This document shows positions 16,757 through 26,203 of a stretch of DNA of 64,000 nucleotides, piece after piece (positions within the stretch are counted from its first letter, which is position 1; each line of letters opens with the position of its first letter). The DNA lies in contig JAHHSV010000002.1 of the NCBI GenBank assembly GCA_020025015.1, positions 577 to 64,576 of the forward strand, read 5' to 3'. Source of the stretch: Anaeroplasmataceae bacterium. Its GTDB lineage: Bacteria > Bacillota_I > Bacilli_A > Acholeplasmatales > Anaeroplasmataceae. Under the pieces are notes generated by a model. That model saw only the letters and a program-made list of their open reading frames with translations, was not told where the DNA came from and made no database searches. The translations under genes were made by a program, and so were the position numbers.

Positions 16757-19700
16757 TTATTTATTTTTCTTTTTCTTTGAATTAGGTTTTTTATTTTTAG
16801 TATCTAATTCATTGTTTTTATTTTTCTTTGCTTTAGCTTCTTCTAAAGCATCAGAAGCTGGCTTAGAATTTTTCTTTTTAAGAACTAAAACAACGATAGC
16901 TGTCGTTAAGCCAATTACTACTGCCCCAACGCTTATAGAAACAATTGTAATCATCCTAATGAAATCAGGATTATTAGGATTAAAATACTCCTTTTCTAAA
17001 ACCATGAATTCATCAGCACCAGCTAGCTCAAATCTAACATAATCACCATCTATGCTAGATTCAACATAAATTAATTTACCATCCTTAACAATACCAATAA
17101 TTATATCAGTAGAACCCTCTGGTAAACGGAATTTAGCAATAATATTAGACTTATCAACCTTATTATCTGTATCAATAATATTTACTCTATAGGTTCCTAA
17201 GCTCTTATATAGGGCATTTTCAGTTTGATAATTATTATCAGTTTTACTTATTTCTACCCTAGTATCGCTATAGAAGCTCCCCTCAACAATAATTTGAGGG
17301 TTGCTTGTATCATCACTAGCAATTGAAGGAATTATATCCTTATAAACAATATGAACTATTTGATCACTTGTAATATTCTTACCAGTAAAGCTCTTATCCC
17401 ACTCCGCAAACTTACCTTCCTTATTAATTAAATCAGGTAAATTATTTAAGTCATAATCCTTGCCATATTCTACTCTATCAATTCTTACAATTTCATCATC
17501 ACCATCAACAAACGTAATAGTGCATGAATAAGAGGTTACCTTTAAAATAGCCGCCTTAAAATCACTGCTTAGCTGATTAGCTTCATTTTCCTCAAGCATT
17601 TTTCTTAGGATAGGATAAGCCTTTTCCCCTTCACCAGCTACAAAACTCTTAAAGTCTAGGCTAATATTTAGCATACCCTTTGATGCTAAAAGCTCACGGT
17701 TAACCTCTTCTGCCTTACCCTGATAGTCTAAGCCATCAATAGCTAGAAGCTTACCAGTTTTAACATAGTAATTATTAAAGATTTTCTCGTTAACTTCCTT
17801 GACGTTACCACTAATTGCGCCAACCATCTTTTCTGTATTATAGAAATTAACAATACTGTAATTGTTATTTAAGCCCTCACCATAGCCAGCAATACCACCA
17901 ACATAGTTTTTACCATCAATTGTACAGATTGCAAAGCATGAGCTAATTGTACCAGTTGATGAACCAGCGATACCACCAACATAATCCTTCTTTTCTGACT
18001 TAATGATGCCTGTATTAAAGCAATCAGAAATCTCACCTAATACATGACGACCAACAATACCACCAGCATAGCCACCCTTTGAGGTAATATTTCCCGTATT
18101 AAAGCAAACTAAAATATTATAATTTTCCTTCTTTGAGCTACCAGGCTTTTTCTCATTGCTAGCATAACCAGCAATACCACCAACGCCAAATTCACCGTTT
18201 ACTGAAGCCTTGTTATAGCAATATTTTAAGCTTGAGGCATTATCCTTACTAGGCTTTGGTATTTCAACATCAGGAAGGCTATCTGAATGACCCTTTAGAA
18301 TGTCTTCAATAAACTTTATAATGTCATCATATTCTTGGTTTTCTCCAGCAGATGACTTTAAATCAGCATATTGTCCAACGATACCACCAATGTATCTTTT
18401 ACCAATAATTTTTCCCTCATTATAGGAAGATTCAATTACCCCAATTGAATTGCCAGCTATACCACCAACAAAGTCACCAGTTTGCTCATAGCCAATGGCA
18501 CCCTTATTTATGCAAGATAAAATTCTCTTACCATTATAACCAGCTATACCACCAATATTTAAAACCTTATTCTCAGTTGATGAGCTAAATGGTGTTCTAT
18601 TTATCTTACCATAATTAACTGATTCTCGTATTTCACCATTATTAATACCAGTAATACCACCAACAAAGGAATTACCAATAACCTCACTATAGTTTGCCGC
18701 CTTAATAATTAAAGCTCCACTTTCATTAGCTGCCGCAATACCACCAACGATATTAGTCCCCTTAATTACACCCTTGTAGCAGGAATTATTAATTGTACCA
18801 AAGTTTGTACCAACAATACCACCAACACTCATGTTTTTATTATCAGTATTAAAATCATATTGGATAGTTAAATTATTAACCTCAGCTCCAACAGTTAGCT
18901 GTCTAATAAAGCCAAACTCCTTAGTATCAGCTACATTTTGAATTTTAAAATTACTAATGATGTGGAAATTACCATTTAAAATACCCGCAAAAATACCAAT
19001 TGAAGGAATAGTTTTTCCCTTAAGATCAATGTTTTTAGTTATCTCAACCGTTAAATTAGTACTAAAGACATCATTAGTACACTTATTAACAAAATCAATA
19101 AACTCTTCACTATTGGTTATTTCAAGAGTTCTTGCCTCAGTTTCCGGTGAACGCTCTAATTTAAAATAAATGTTATAGCCATTACCATAATCGTAATCCT
19201 TACTAAAGAAAATCTTATAGGTTCCATCATAGCTAATCTTTAGCTCCTCTGATTCTGGAGTATACCATTTAGTTTCACCATCAGTTACATAGAATGAATC
19301 ACCATTCTTAAGCTCAGTTATTAAGGTATACTGTGTAAATTCTGTTTCCTCACTATCATACTTTAATTCATAATCTGGATTAATTTCATAATTATTAAAG
19401 CTACCACTTACATAGTATCTACCTACTGGTATTTTATCCTCTCTAATAATTACATTTTTTCTATTTTCATATTGATGTTCAGGCGAATAATAAATATTAT
19501 ATCTACCTGGATTCATAATAAAGAAATTACCCTTACCATCCTTAATAATTTCATTTCCCGCTGAAATTTGGAACTGGAATGTATCCTTAACATCAATGCT
19601 ATAAACATATTCATTAAATAAACCATTATCATTATTCTTTAAAAGCTGATAATTTTTAGCCTCAGTCCAGTTATTAGCATCACATAAAATATAATATTTT

Positions 19701-20071
19701 ACCTTTTCTACTCGAATATTTGACTGATTTTCATATAAATGCTCAGGAGAAAAATAAATTTGATAATTAGTTTTTTCCTCTAATAAAATATTATCATTAC
19801 CATTACGATATTCAGTTTCTCCATTAGTAATATAAAATTGAGAATCATTCTTATTACTAATAATTATAGTGTATTCCTTAAAGGCTGTTTCCTTAGCATT
19901 AGGCTTTAATTTATATTCCTCTTGCAGCTCATAATTATTAAATGAACCAGCAATATAATATTCATCTAAGCCTGAAGCCTTAACGCTTGAATTAGCTAGG
20001 CTAAAGCTAGCTAAAAAAGCTACTAAAACGCCAATTACTAGATAGAAGGCTTTACTTACTATTTTCTTCAT
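16757..20071 (-). CDS. Large membrane-anchored surface protein: three N-terminal beta-sandwich-like modules, about 10 GLUG-type repeats, one Listeria/Bacteroides (Flg_new-like) repeat, C-terminal TM anchor
   Basis: Signal peptide ends ..ANSSVKA. Three modules begin YYIAGSFNNYE / YYILCDANNWTE / YYVSGSFNNYE. Ten GGI(A/V/T)G motifs are present (VGGIVGTNFG, VGGIAGYASN and others). CTITFVDGDDEIV..EYGKDY..LP....KEGKFAEWDK resembles the Flg_new repeat. TM helix MITIVSISVGAVVIGLTTAIVVLVL precedes a Lys-rich tail. No LPxTG. RBS AAGGAGGA lies inside the upstream gene's tail. Confidence 0.75.
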   Translation of the reverse strand: MKKIVSKAFYLVIGVLVAFLASFSLANSSVKASGLDEYYIAGSFNNYELQEEYKLKPNAKETAFKEYTIIISNKNDSQFYITNGETEYRNGNDNILLEEKTNYQIYFSPEHLYENQSNIRVEKVKYYILCDANNWTEAKNYQLLKNNDNGLFNEYVYSIDVKDTFQFQISAGNEIIKDGKGNFFIMNPGRYNIYYSPEHQYENRKNVIIREDKIPVGRYYVSGSFNNYEINPDYELKYDSEETEFTQYTLITELKNGDSFYVTDGETKWYTPESEELKISYDGTYKIFFSKDYDYGNGYNIYFKLERSPETEARTLEITNSEEFIDFVNKCTNDVFSTNLTVEITKNIDLKGKTIPSIGIFAGILNGNFHIISNFKIQNVADTKEFGFIRQLTVGAEVNNLTIQYDFNTDNKNMSVGGIVGTNFGTINNSCYKGVIKGTNIVGGIAAANESGALIIKAANYSEVIGNSFVGGITGINNGEIRESVNYGKINRTPFSSSTENKVLNIGGIAGYNGKRILSCINKGAIGYEQTGDFVGGIAGNSIGVIESSYNEGKIIGKRYIGGIVGQYADLKSSAGENQEYDDIIKFIEDILKGHSDSLPDVEIPKPSKDNASSLKYCYNKASVNGEFGVGGIAGYASNEKKPGSSKKENYNILVCFNTGNITSKGGYAGGIVGRHVLGEISDCFNTGIIKSEKKDYVGGIAGSSTGTISSCFAICTIDGKNYVGGIAGYGEGLNNNYSIVNFYNTEKMVGAISGNVKEVNEKIFNNYYVKTGKLLAIDGLDYQGKAEEVNRELLASKGMLNISLDFKSFVAGEGEKAYPILRKMLEENEANQLSSDFKAAILKVTSYSCTITFVDGDDEIVRIDRVEYGKDYDLNNLPDLINKEGKFAEWDKSFTGKNITSDQIVHIVYKDIIPSIASDDTSNPQIIVEGSFYSDTRVEISKTDNNYQTENALYKSLGTYRVNIIDTDNKVDKSNIIAKFRLPEGSTDIIIGIVKDGKLIYVESSIDGDYVRFELAGADEFMVLEKEYFNPNNPDFIRMITIVSISVGAVVIGLTTAIVVLVLKKKNSKPASDALEEAKAKKNKNNELDTKNKKPNSKKKKNK
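17800..19010 (-). repeat. Intragenic degenerate tandem repeats encoding the GLUG (GGIxG) array
   Basis: The plus-strand motif ATACCACCAAC and close variants recur at about 17891, 17971, 18058, 18171, 18381, 18461, 18550, 18650, 18740 and 18820. Spacing is irregular, roughly 80-210 nt. Confidence 0.7.
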
Positions 20072-22514
20072 TTTCTTCCTCCTTTGCCTCTGCTTCAGCT
20101 AGATTTTCTTCTATATTTTCCTCTAGGTCTTGAGAATCATCACTAGTATCTATTAACTTATCCTTTGTTTCATTATTCCTTTCTATTTCTTTCCACTGTA
20201 AATAGAAGGTTCTTGTAATATCCATTAGTAAGCTCTTTTCTTCTCTTGTCATCTTAGTCTTTTTCTTCTTACGTGACTTAAACATTGTATACTTAAGTGG
20301 CTTATCAAAGATGTATAATAAGACTGGTAGGACAAGCATTACTGATAAAATAGAAATAATTGTACCACGAGAAATTGTATAACCAATTGAAGAAATTAAT
20401 AGATCTGAAGAAATAACACCAATTAATAAAGCAGCAATTACTAGGATTGCACCTGAGCTTATAATTGTTGGGAAGGCCTCAGTTAAGGATTTAACTACTG
20501 ATGTCTTCTTATCCTCAGTCTTTCTTAATTCCGTATATCTACCTGATATAACAATCGCATAGTCAATTGTCGCACCCATTTGAATAGCATTCGCAATTAA
20601 ATATACAAAGAAGAATAGATTTTGGCTCATTAAAACTGGAATACCAAAATTGATAAATATTGCTCCCTGAATTACTAATACTAATAGAATTGGTAAGCCC
20701 CATGAATGGAAGTTGAACAACAAAATTATAAAAACAAACGCAATTGTTAAAATAGAAATAATTAGGTTATCAGACATAAATGATGAGTTTAAATCATAGG
20801 CAACCATTGAGTTACCACCACATATTGCCTCAGGACACATTGCTTTAATTTCCTTAGTTAGCTCATCAATTGTAGCAAAGGTTTCCTTTCCTTCCTCTGG
20901 CTTATTCAAATTAAAGACCATTCGCGAATAATTTGGTCCTAATAGCTGCTTCTTACCATCCTCAAGCTCATCTCTTAATTTATTAAAATCCTCCTCAATA
21001 TCCGCAGGAATTTGAATAAAGTTCTCATCCTTTAATTTAAAGACCGTATCAAGCAAATCAATAATTGTTACCTTGTAGGTATCAATATTATTATTAACAA
21101 TAATACTATAGTCCTCATGCTCAAAGGCATAATAGTAAAATAGCATTTTTGATAAATCTCTATCAATATTTAATATTTTAACTAAATCCTGATAGTTAAT
21201 AGAATCACATAAATAATAGCCATCCTTAACCTCAATATTAGCTAAGCCTAAGGCCTCATTTATATATGGCTTTTTCTCCATCATTCTTAATATTTCCTTT
21301 TGCTTAGCATAATCCCCATTAGGAATTACGATAACAAACTGATTTTGATAGCCAAAGTTTTCAGAAATAACCTTGTTAGCCTTCTGAACCTCAGTTTGAT
21401 GGAATCCTTCAATACCATTATTGGTGTAGCAATAATCAACCTTAAAGTTTAAATAAGCACCAACACCAACTAAGCCTAAAAATAATACAACAATTAAATA
21501 TCTTACCTTAACAATTGATTTACCAACAAAATCAATCTTAGGTACGAAGTTTTTATGTCTTGTTTTCTCAATCGCATTACTAAACATTAGTAATAAACAA
21601 GGCATTAAGAATAATACTGTTACAATACTCCAAAGAATAGCCTTGGTTAAAACAAAGCCTAAATCCTTACCTAAGCTAAATGTCATACAGGTTAAGGCCA
21701 TTAAGCCTGAAATAGTAGTTAAGCTACTACCTAAAATTTCTGGAATTGACTTAGATAAGGCTTCAATCATTGAATTCTTCTTGCTTCTTTCTGGGTTACC
21801 CTCACATTCTTCAATAAATCTATGTAATAAAATTATTGAATAGTCGATAGCTAGAGCTAGCTGTAAAATAATACAAATTGAATTTGAGACAAAGGAAATT
21901 GTTCCAAACCAGTAGTTAGTACCCATATTAAGTATCGCCGCGACTATAAAGACAATTGGTAAAACTATAACCTCGGCATAGCTCCTTGATGTAAATAATA
22001 AAACCAAAATTATTACAACAGCCGCTAATAATACGATAAACTTCATATCATGCGCTAACGAATCTGCATAATTATCAACTAACGATACCGATTCTAATGA
22101 TTTATATGGTGATAGTAATTCTTTCATATCATTATATGCTTTGACTGACACAGGATCAGAAGCATTACCCTCAAAGGTTACCTTAAATAATGCTTTTGAG
22201 TTGTTAAAATACTTTTGTGTGTTTTCAAATGGTAATGATTTGACACCATCTAACTTCAATATTTCTTCCTTTAATTCATAAGCCTTTTGATAAGAGATAT
22301 TATCAACTACAACTATTGTTGTCCCATAGGTAGTAAATTCCTTATCCATTATTTCAATTGCCTGTGCTGTATCAGTTGAGCTAGGTAGGTAAGCAGAAAT
22401 ATCATATTCGATATTTACCTTCTTAATACTAAGTCCACTGTAAACTAGCAAGCATAGAAAAATAGTAAGTACTAAATATTGGAATCTTACAATAAACCCT
22501 GCTATTTTCTTCAT
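20052..22514 (-). CDS. MMPL/RND-superfamily membrane transporter (YdfJ/YdgH-like) with acidic C-terminal tail
   Basis: 820 aa in two 6-TM bundles, each preceded by a large extracytoplasmic loop. N-terminus is FIVRFQYLVLTIFLCLLVYSGLSIKKVNIEYDISAYLPSSTDTAQA. C-terminal tail is DDSQDLEENIEENLAEAEAKEEENEENSK. It overlaps the downstream start by 20 nt. Confidence 0.7.
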   Translation of the reverse strand: MKKIAGFIVRFQYLVLTIFLCLLVYSGLSIKKVNIEYDISAYLPSSTDTAQAIEIMDKEFTTYGTTIVVVDNISYQKAYELKEEILKLDGVKSLPFENTQKYFNNSKALFKVTFEGNASDPVSVKAYNDMKELLSPYKSLESVSLVDNYADSLAHDMKFIVLLAAVVIILVLLFTSRSYAEVIVLPIVFIVAAILNMGTNYWFGTISFVSNSICIILQLALAIDYSIILLHRFIEECEGNPERSKKNSMIEALSKSIPEILGSSLTTISGLMALTCMTFSLGKDLGFVLTKAILWSIVTVLFLMPCLLLMFSNAIEKTRHKNFVPKIDFVGKSIVKVRYLIVVLFLGLVGVGAYLNFKVDYCYTNNGIEGFHQTEVQKANKVISENFGYQNQFVIVIPNGDYAKQKEILRMMEKKPYINEALGLANIEVKDGYYLCDSINYQDLVKILNIDRDLSKMLFYYYAFEHEDYSIIVNNNIDTYKVTIIDLLDTVFKLKDENFIQIPADIEEDFNKLRDELEDGKKQLLGPNYSRMVFNLNKPEEGKETFATIDELTKEIKAMCPEAICGGNSMVAYDLNSSFMSDNLIISILTIAFVFIILLFNFHSWGLPILLVLVIQGAIFINFGIPVLMSQNLFFFVYLIANAIQMGATIDYAIVISGRYTELRKTEDKKTSVVKSLTEAFPTIISSGAILVIAALLIGVISSDLLISSIGYTISRGTIISILSVMLVLPVLLYIFDKPLKYTMFKSRKKKKTKMTREEKSLLMDITRTFYLQWKEIERNNETKDKLIDTSDDSQDLEENIEENLAEAEAKEEENEENSK

Positions 22515-22540
22515 ACTTTCACCTTTACCTTTTATTTTCA

Positions 22541-22560
22541 GGAATACTATTTAATATTCC
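22541..22560. promoter_or_regulatory. 20-bp imperfect palindrome, candidate TetR operator upstream of the MMPL gene
   Basis: GGAATACTATTTAATATTCC has outer 6-bp arms GGAATA/TATTCC that are perfect; 16 of 20 positions are self-complementary. It lies 27 nt upstream of the MMPL start, in the divergent region shared with the TetR gene. Confidence 0.45.
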
Positions 22561-22627
22561 GACATTTTCCATTATAATAGTAGGTAAGTTATGACACAAC
22601 TGTCAATATAAAACGTTATGTTAGATT

Positions 22628-22656
22628 TTGCACATTTTGTTCAAAATTGTTAATAT
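22628..22656 (+). promoter_or_regulatory. Sigma-A-type promoter for the second TetR gene
   Basis: TTGCAC (22628-33), 17 nt, TAATAT (22651-56). RBS AAGGAG at 22667-72 and ATG at 22678. Confidence 0.5.
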
Positions 22657-22677
22657 AATTTAAATAAGGAGATAATC

Positions 22678-23241
22678 ATGAAAGAATATCGTAACTCAAT
22701 TCGCTCACGAAATATGATTAAAGAGGCTCTATTAGAGCTTTTAAAGGAAAATAATATTTCTAAAATAACAGTAAAGGCCTTAGTTGAAAAATCTGATTTA
22801 AGCCGCAATACCTTCTACGCCCACTACCCTGATATTTATTCAGTCCTAGAGGATATTGAAGGTGAGGTAATTGATAAGGCTATTTACTTTTTAGATAAAT
22901 TCATTCAAGCCGGTACCAGAATTGATTCTTTAAACTTTTTCAATAATATAATGCAATTTGTCAAGGACGATTCTGAGGTTATCAAGGTTTTATTAACTAA
23001 TGATTCAGCTCAATCCTTTATAATTAAGCTTAAGACTGTTTTAATTAATAAGGTTTTAGCTAATGTTGAAGCCTTAAATATTAAGGATGAGGATGGCTTT
23101 TTAATTTTCTTAGACATTCTTTTTAGTGGTATTATTGATTTAATTAAGCTATATCTTAATAATAGTATTACTATTAGCCTTAATGATATTGCAATTAAAA
23201 CTAATAAAATATTTTTAGCAGGCTATGCCCTATATATTTAA
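22678..23241 (+). CDS. TetR family transcriptional regulator (DhaS-like subgroup)
   Basis: HTH region IKEALLELLKENNISKITVKALVEKSDLSRNTFYAHYPDIYSVLEDIE. 187 aa. Divergent from the MMPL gene. Confidence 0.85.
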   Translation: MKEYRNSIRSRNMIKEALLELLKENNISKITVKALVEKSDLSRNTFYAHYPDIYSVLEDIEGEVIDKAIYFLDKFIQAGTRIDSLNFFNNIMQFVKDDSEVIKVLLTNDSAQSFIIKLKTVLINKVLANVEALNIKDEDGFLIFLDILFSGIIDLIKLYLNNSITISLNDIAIKTNKIFLAGYALYI

Positions 23242-23242
23242 A

Positions 23243-23283
23243 GAAAAAATGATGTAAAGAAAAAATCTCTACATCATTTTTTA
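23243..23283. terminator. Bidirectional terminator between TetR (+) and the M16 peptidase (-)
   Basis: ATGATGTA (23249-56) pairs with TACATCAT (23270-77). An A-run lies on the left and a T-run on the right. Confidence 0.6.
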
Positions 23284-23287
23284 TATG

Positions 23288-26173
23288 CTATAAATTTTCA
23301 ACCTTATCAAAGCTATACTCATTAATTTTTTCCTTACTACCAATAGTATAGCGTGAGCCATTTTCAAAGGCTTTCTTAAATATTTCACCATAGGCCTTGA
23401 TATCACTAGGCTTTGTCCTCATTATTTCCTTCTTATAGGCTTCCTTCTTCTTTTTAGTCATTCCACTAATAAATTGTAAATCAGAGGCATTGATGGTTAG
23501 AGGCTGACTTAAAGGCTGATCAAAGCTTGCGGCAGCACTAATAATATAAGAATCTAAATCCTTCTTAGAAGCATTATAGCTATTTAGGTAATCAAATAAT
23601 TTTTCATAGGCTAAATAAGTATTTTTAACATTTGGATCACGATAGCTTCCAAGGAAAACATTATTATTCATGCTTGAAGAAATATAGCAGCCATAGGCTC
23701 CACCCTTAACTCTAACCTCATTCCATAAATAATCAAAATTAACAATTTGAGTTAGAACTAATAAACGTGGATTAAACTCGCTATTAGCAGTTTCTAGATT
23801 TGTTGCATAAGCATTATATGAAACACCAGCTGGAATTACTAAGGCTTCATTTATCTTAGTACCAAGCGTAATTTCAAGCTTATCCTCATTTAAGGTACGA
23901 GGAAGCTTTACCTTCTTTAAGGCATCCTTTAAGGAATTACGAGACTCTTCATCCCCAGAAATAGAAGCTAAAACATTTTGCTTAGTAAATAACAGCTTAC
24001 TTACTCTCTTTAAATTCTCATTAAGAGCCTTATAATCAAAGCTTGCTAATAAAGCATTTAAGCTTCGATATAAGCCAACACCACTAATTAAAGACTTTAG
24101 ATATTGATCCTTACTATTATTACGGTTAGCCATTACGCCACCCAATTGCATACCATTACCAATAATTTCCTGGCGTAGAGCATTAATTGTTTGCTTAAGG
24201 ATTTGCATTACTTCCTTCTTAGTAAATTTAGAATGTAATAAAACATCATTTAAAATTTCCGGAATATAATTAACATTTTCTACTAAAGCACTACTTGAAA
24301 CCATAAATTTAGCATAATAATCATTACGAGAGGTACCACCAACTAAAACATTGAAGCTTAAATCCCCTAAGTAGGTTTTTACAAGCTTATTTAAGCCATC
24401 AAGCGTATTTCTCGCCGTTGGTACATTTAAAAATAAACGCTTTAATAAATAAGCATAAATAATATCCTTTTCCTCTAGCTTATTTAAATCAAAGTACATT
24501 CTTAAATATGCAATACCATTAGTATTAATATCATGGCTAATGGTTGAAATACCATTAATCCTTAGCTTTTGTGATTCTAAGAAATTTACATTTTTATTAA
24601 TATCTGAAAGCTTTAGCTTAGGTAAGGTGCTTAATTCCTTCTTAGTATCAGTCTTTCCTTGATACTCTAAAAGCTCCTTAGTTTGCTTAACTAAAGTCTT
24701 AATTTCTTCCTTAGACATTGATGCCTTAAGTAAAGCCATCTTCTTAGCCATCTTTTCCTCATTTTGCTTTTGTAGCTTCTTATTAGGCTTACACATTGCT
24801 AAAACATAATGCTTAGAATTTAAAATATATTTTTCTAAAAGCTTTTCAAAATAATTATTATTAAGCTCATTCTTAATCTTCTTATAATGCTTACTAAATT
24901 CTAAATGTGAGGCTAAATCCATATTATAATTAAAGCTTCCCATCATATTCATCGCAAAGACTAAGCCCTTAGGCATTGAGCCCATATCTAATTCACGATC
25001 TCTAAATTCAAAGCTATTAATTGAAGCTAATAATAAATCCTTATCAATACCATTTTTAACAAGCTTTTCTACCTCAGCTAAAAAGACTCTTCTAAATTCC
25101 TCCTTTTGCTTTGGATTAGACTTATATAAGTAAATGTGTAGGGCAGGAATAATATTATCATCATCAATTCTAGCTGATACGTTTTCGCCTAATTTTGCCT
25201 CAAGTAAAGCCTTTTTTAAAGGTGAATCATTTTTAGAAAGTAAGGCATCACATAAAATTTCCATACCCAATAATTCTTCATAATTATCATATCTATCTAA
25301 GCCATAGCATAAGCTTATATAGGTATTATTCTTTTCTGTTTCCTCTTCACCTATCTCATAATCAACCTCATAATTGGTATCAATAATAGGCTTTTGGGCT
25401 TCAATTGTAATTAGATTATCAACCTTATCATACTTAGAGAAATAATTTTCATCTAAATATTTTAGCTTTTCTAAAATGTCTAAATTACCATAAAAATAGG
25501 TAAGAGCATTTTGAGGATTATAGTGCTTATGATAAAATTCCTTATAAGCCTCATAGGTTAAATTAGGAATCTCACTTGGCTCACCACCACTATTATAATG
25601 ATAGAAGGTATCCTTATACATTGCCTCTAGGGTAGTTTGAACTAAACGCTCCTCAACACTACTCATCGCACCCTTCATTTCATTATAAACAACACCCTTA
25701 TAGCTTGGCATTGCCTTCTCATCTAAAAGCTCTAAATGCCAGCCCTCCTGTAAGAAGGCCTTATTGCTTTTAACTGATAAGGGTCTAAATACTGCATCTA
25801 AATAAATAGATAAAATGTTATCAAAGTCCTTCTTATTTTGACTAGCAAAAGGATACATTGTCCAGTCATAGGCTGTAAAAGCATTTAAGAAGGTTGCCAT
25901 TGATGACTTTAATAAATTAACAAAGGGCTCCTTTAAAGGGAAGCGCTCGCTACCACATAAAACTGAGTGCTCAATAATATGACAAACACCAGTTGAATCA
26001 GTAGGCTTAGTTCTAAAGCCAATCGCGAAGCAGCAATTGTCATCAAGATTAGCTAAATGAACAACCATACCACCTGATTTAAGATGCATAAATACATACA
26101 TTTTTGAATTTATATCGGCAAGCTCACGTATTTCTACAAGCTTAAAGCCATAATTAATTTCATTTAAAACCAT
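23288..26173 (-). CDS. M16C insulinase-family zinc metallopeptidase (PreP-like, ~960 aa)
   Basis: Inverted zinc motif HxxEH in GVCHIIEHSVLCGSERFP. Downstream glutamate lies in VVYNEMKG. The ~960 aa length is typical of the four-domain clamshell M16C enzymes. Confidence 0.85.
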   Translation of the reverse strand: MVLNEINYGFKLVEIRELADINSKMYVFMHLKSGGMVVHLANLDDNCCFAIGFRTKPTDSTGVCHIIEHSVLCGSERFPLKEPFVNLLKSSMATFLNAFTAYDWTMYPFASQNKKDFDNILSIYLDAVFRPLSVKSNKAFLQEGWHLELLDEKAMPSYKGVVYNEMKGAMSSVEERLVQTTLEAMYKDTFYHYNSGGEPSEIPNLTYEAYKEFYHKHYNPQNALTYFYGNLDILEKLKYLDENYFSKYDKVDNLITIEAQKPIIDTNYEVDYEIGEEETEKNNTYISLCYGLDRYDNYEELLGMEILCDALLSKNDSPLKKALLEAKLGENVSARIDDDNIIPALHIYLYKSNPKQKEEFRRVFLAEVEKLVKNGIDKDLLLASINSFEFRDRELDMGSMPKGLVFAMNMMGSFNYNMDLASHLEFSKHYKKIKNELNNNYFEKLLEKYILNSKHYVLAMCKPNKKLQKQNEEKMAKKMALLKASMSKEEIKTLVKQTKELLEYQGKTDTKKELSTLPKLKLSDINKNVNFLESQKLRINGISTISHDINTNGIAYLRMYFDLNKLEEKDIIYAYLLKRLFLNVPTARNTLDGLNKLVKTYLGDLSFNVLVGGTSRNDYYAKFMVSSSALVENVNYIPEILNDVLLHSKFTKKEVMQILKQTINALRQEIIGNGMQLGGVMANRNNSKDQYLKSLISGVGLYRSLNALLASFDYKALNENLKRVSKLLFTKQNVLASISGDEESRNSLKDALKKVKLPRTLNEDKLEITLGTKINEALVIPAGVSYNAYATNLETANSEFNPRLLVLTQIVNFDYLWNEVRVKGGAYGCYISSSMNNNVFLGSYRDPNVKNTYLAYEKLFDYLNSYNASKKDLDSYIISAAASFDQPLSQPLTINASDLQFISGMTKKKKEAYKKEIMRTKPSDIKAYGEIFKKAFENGSRYTIGSKEKINEYSFDKVENL

Positions 26174-26203
26174 ATTTTTACCTCCAATAATTATTAAATT
26201 TAA

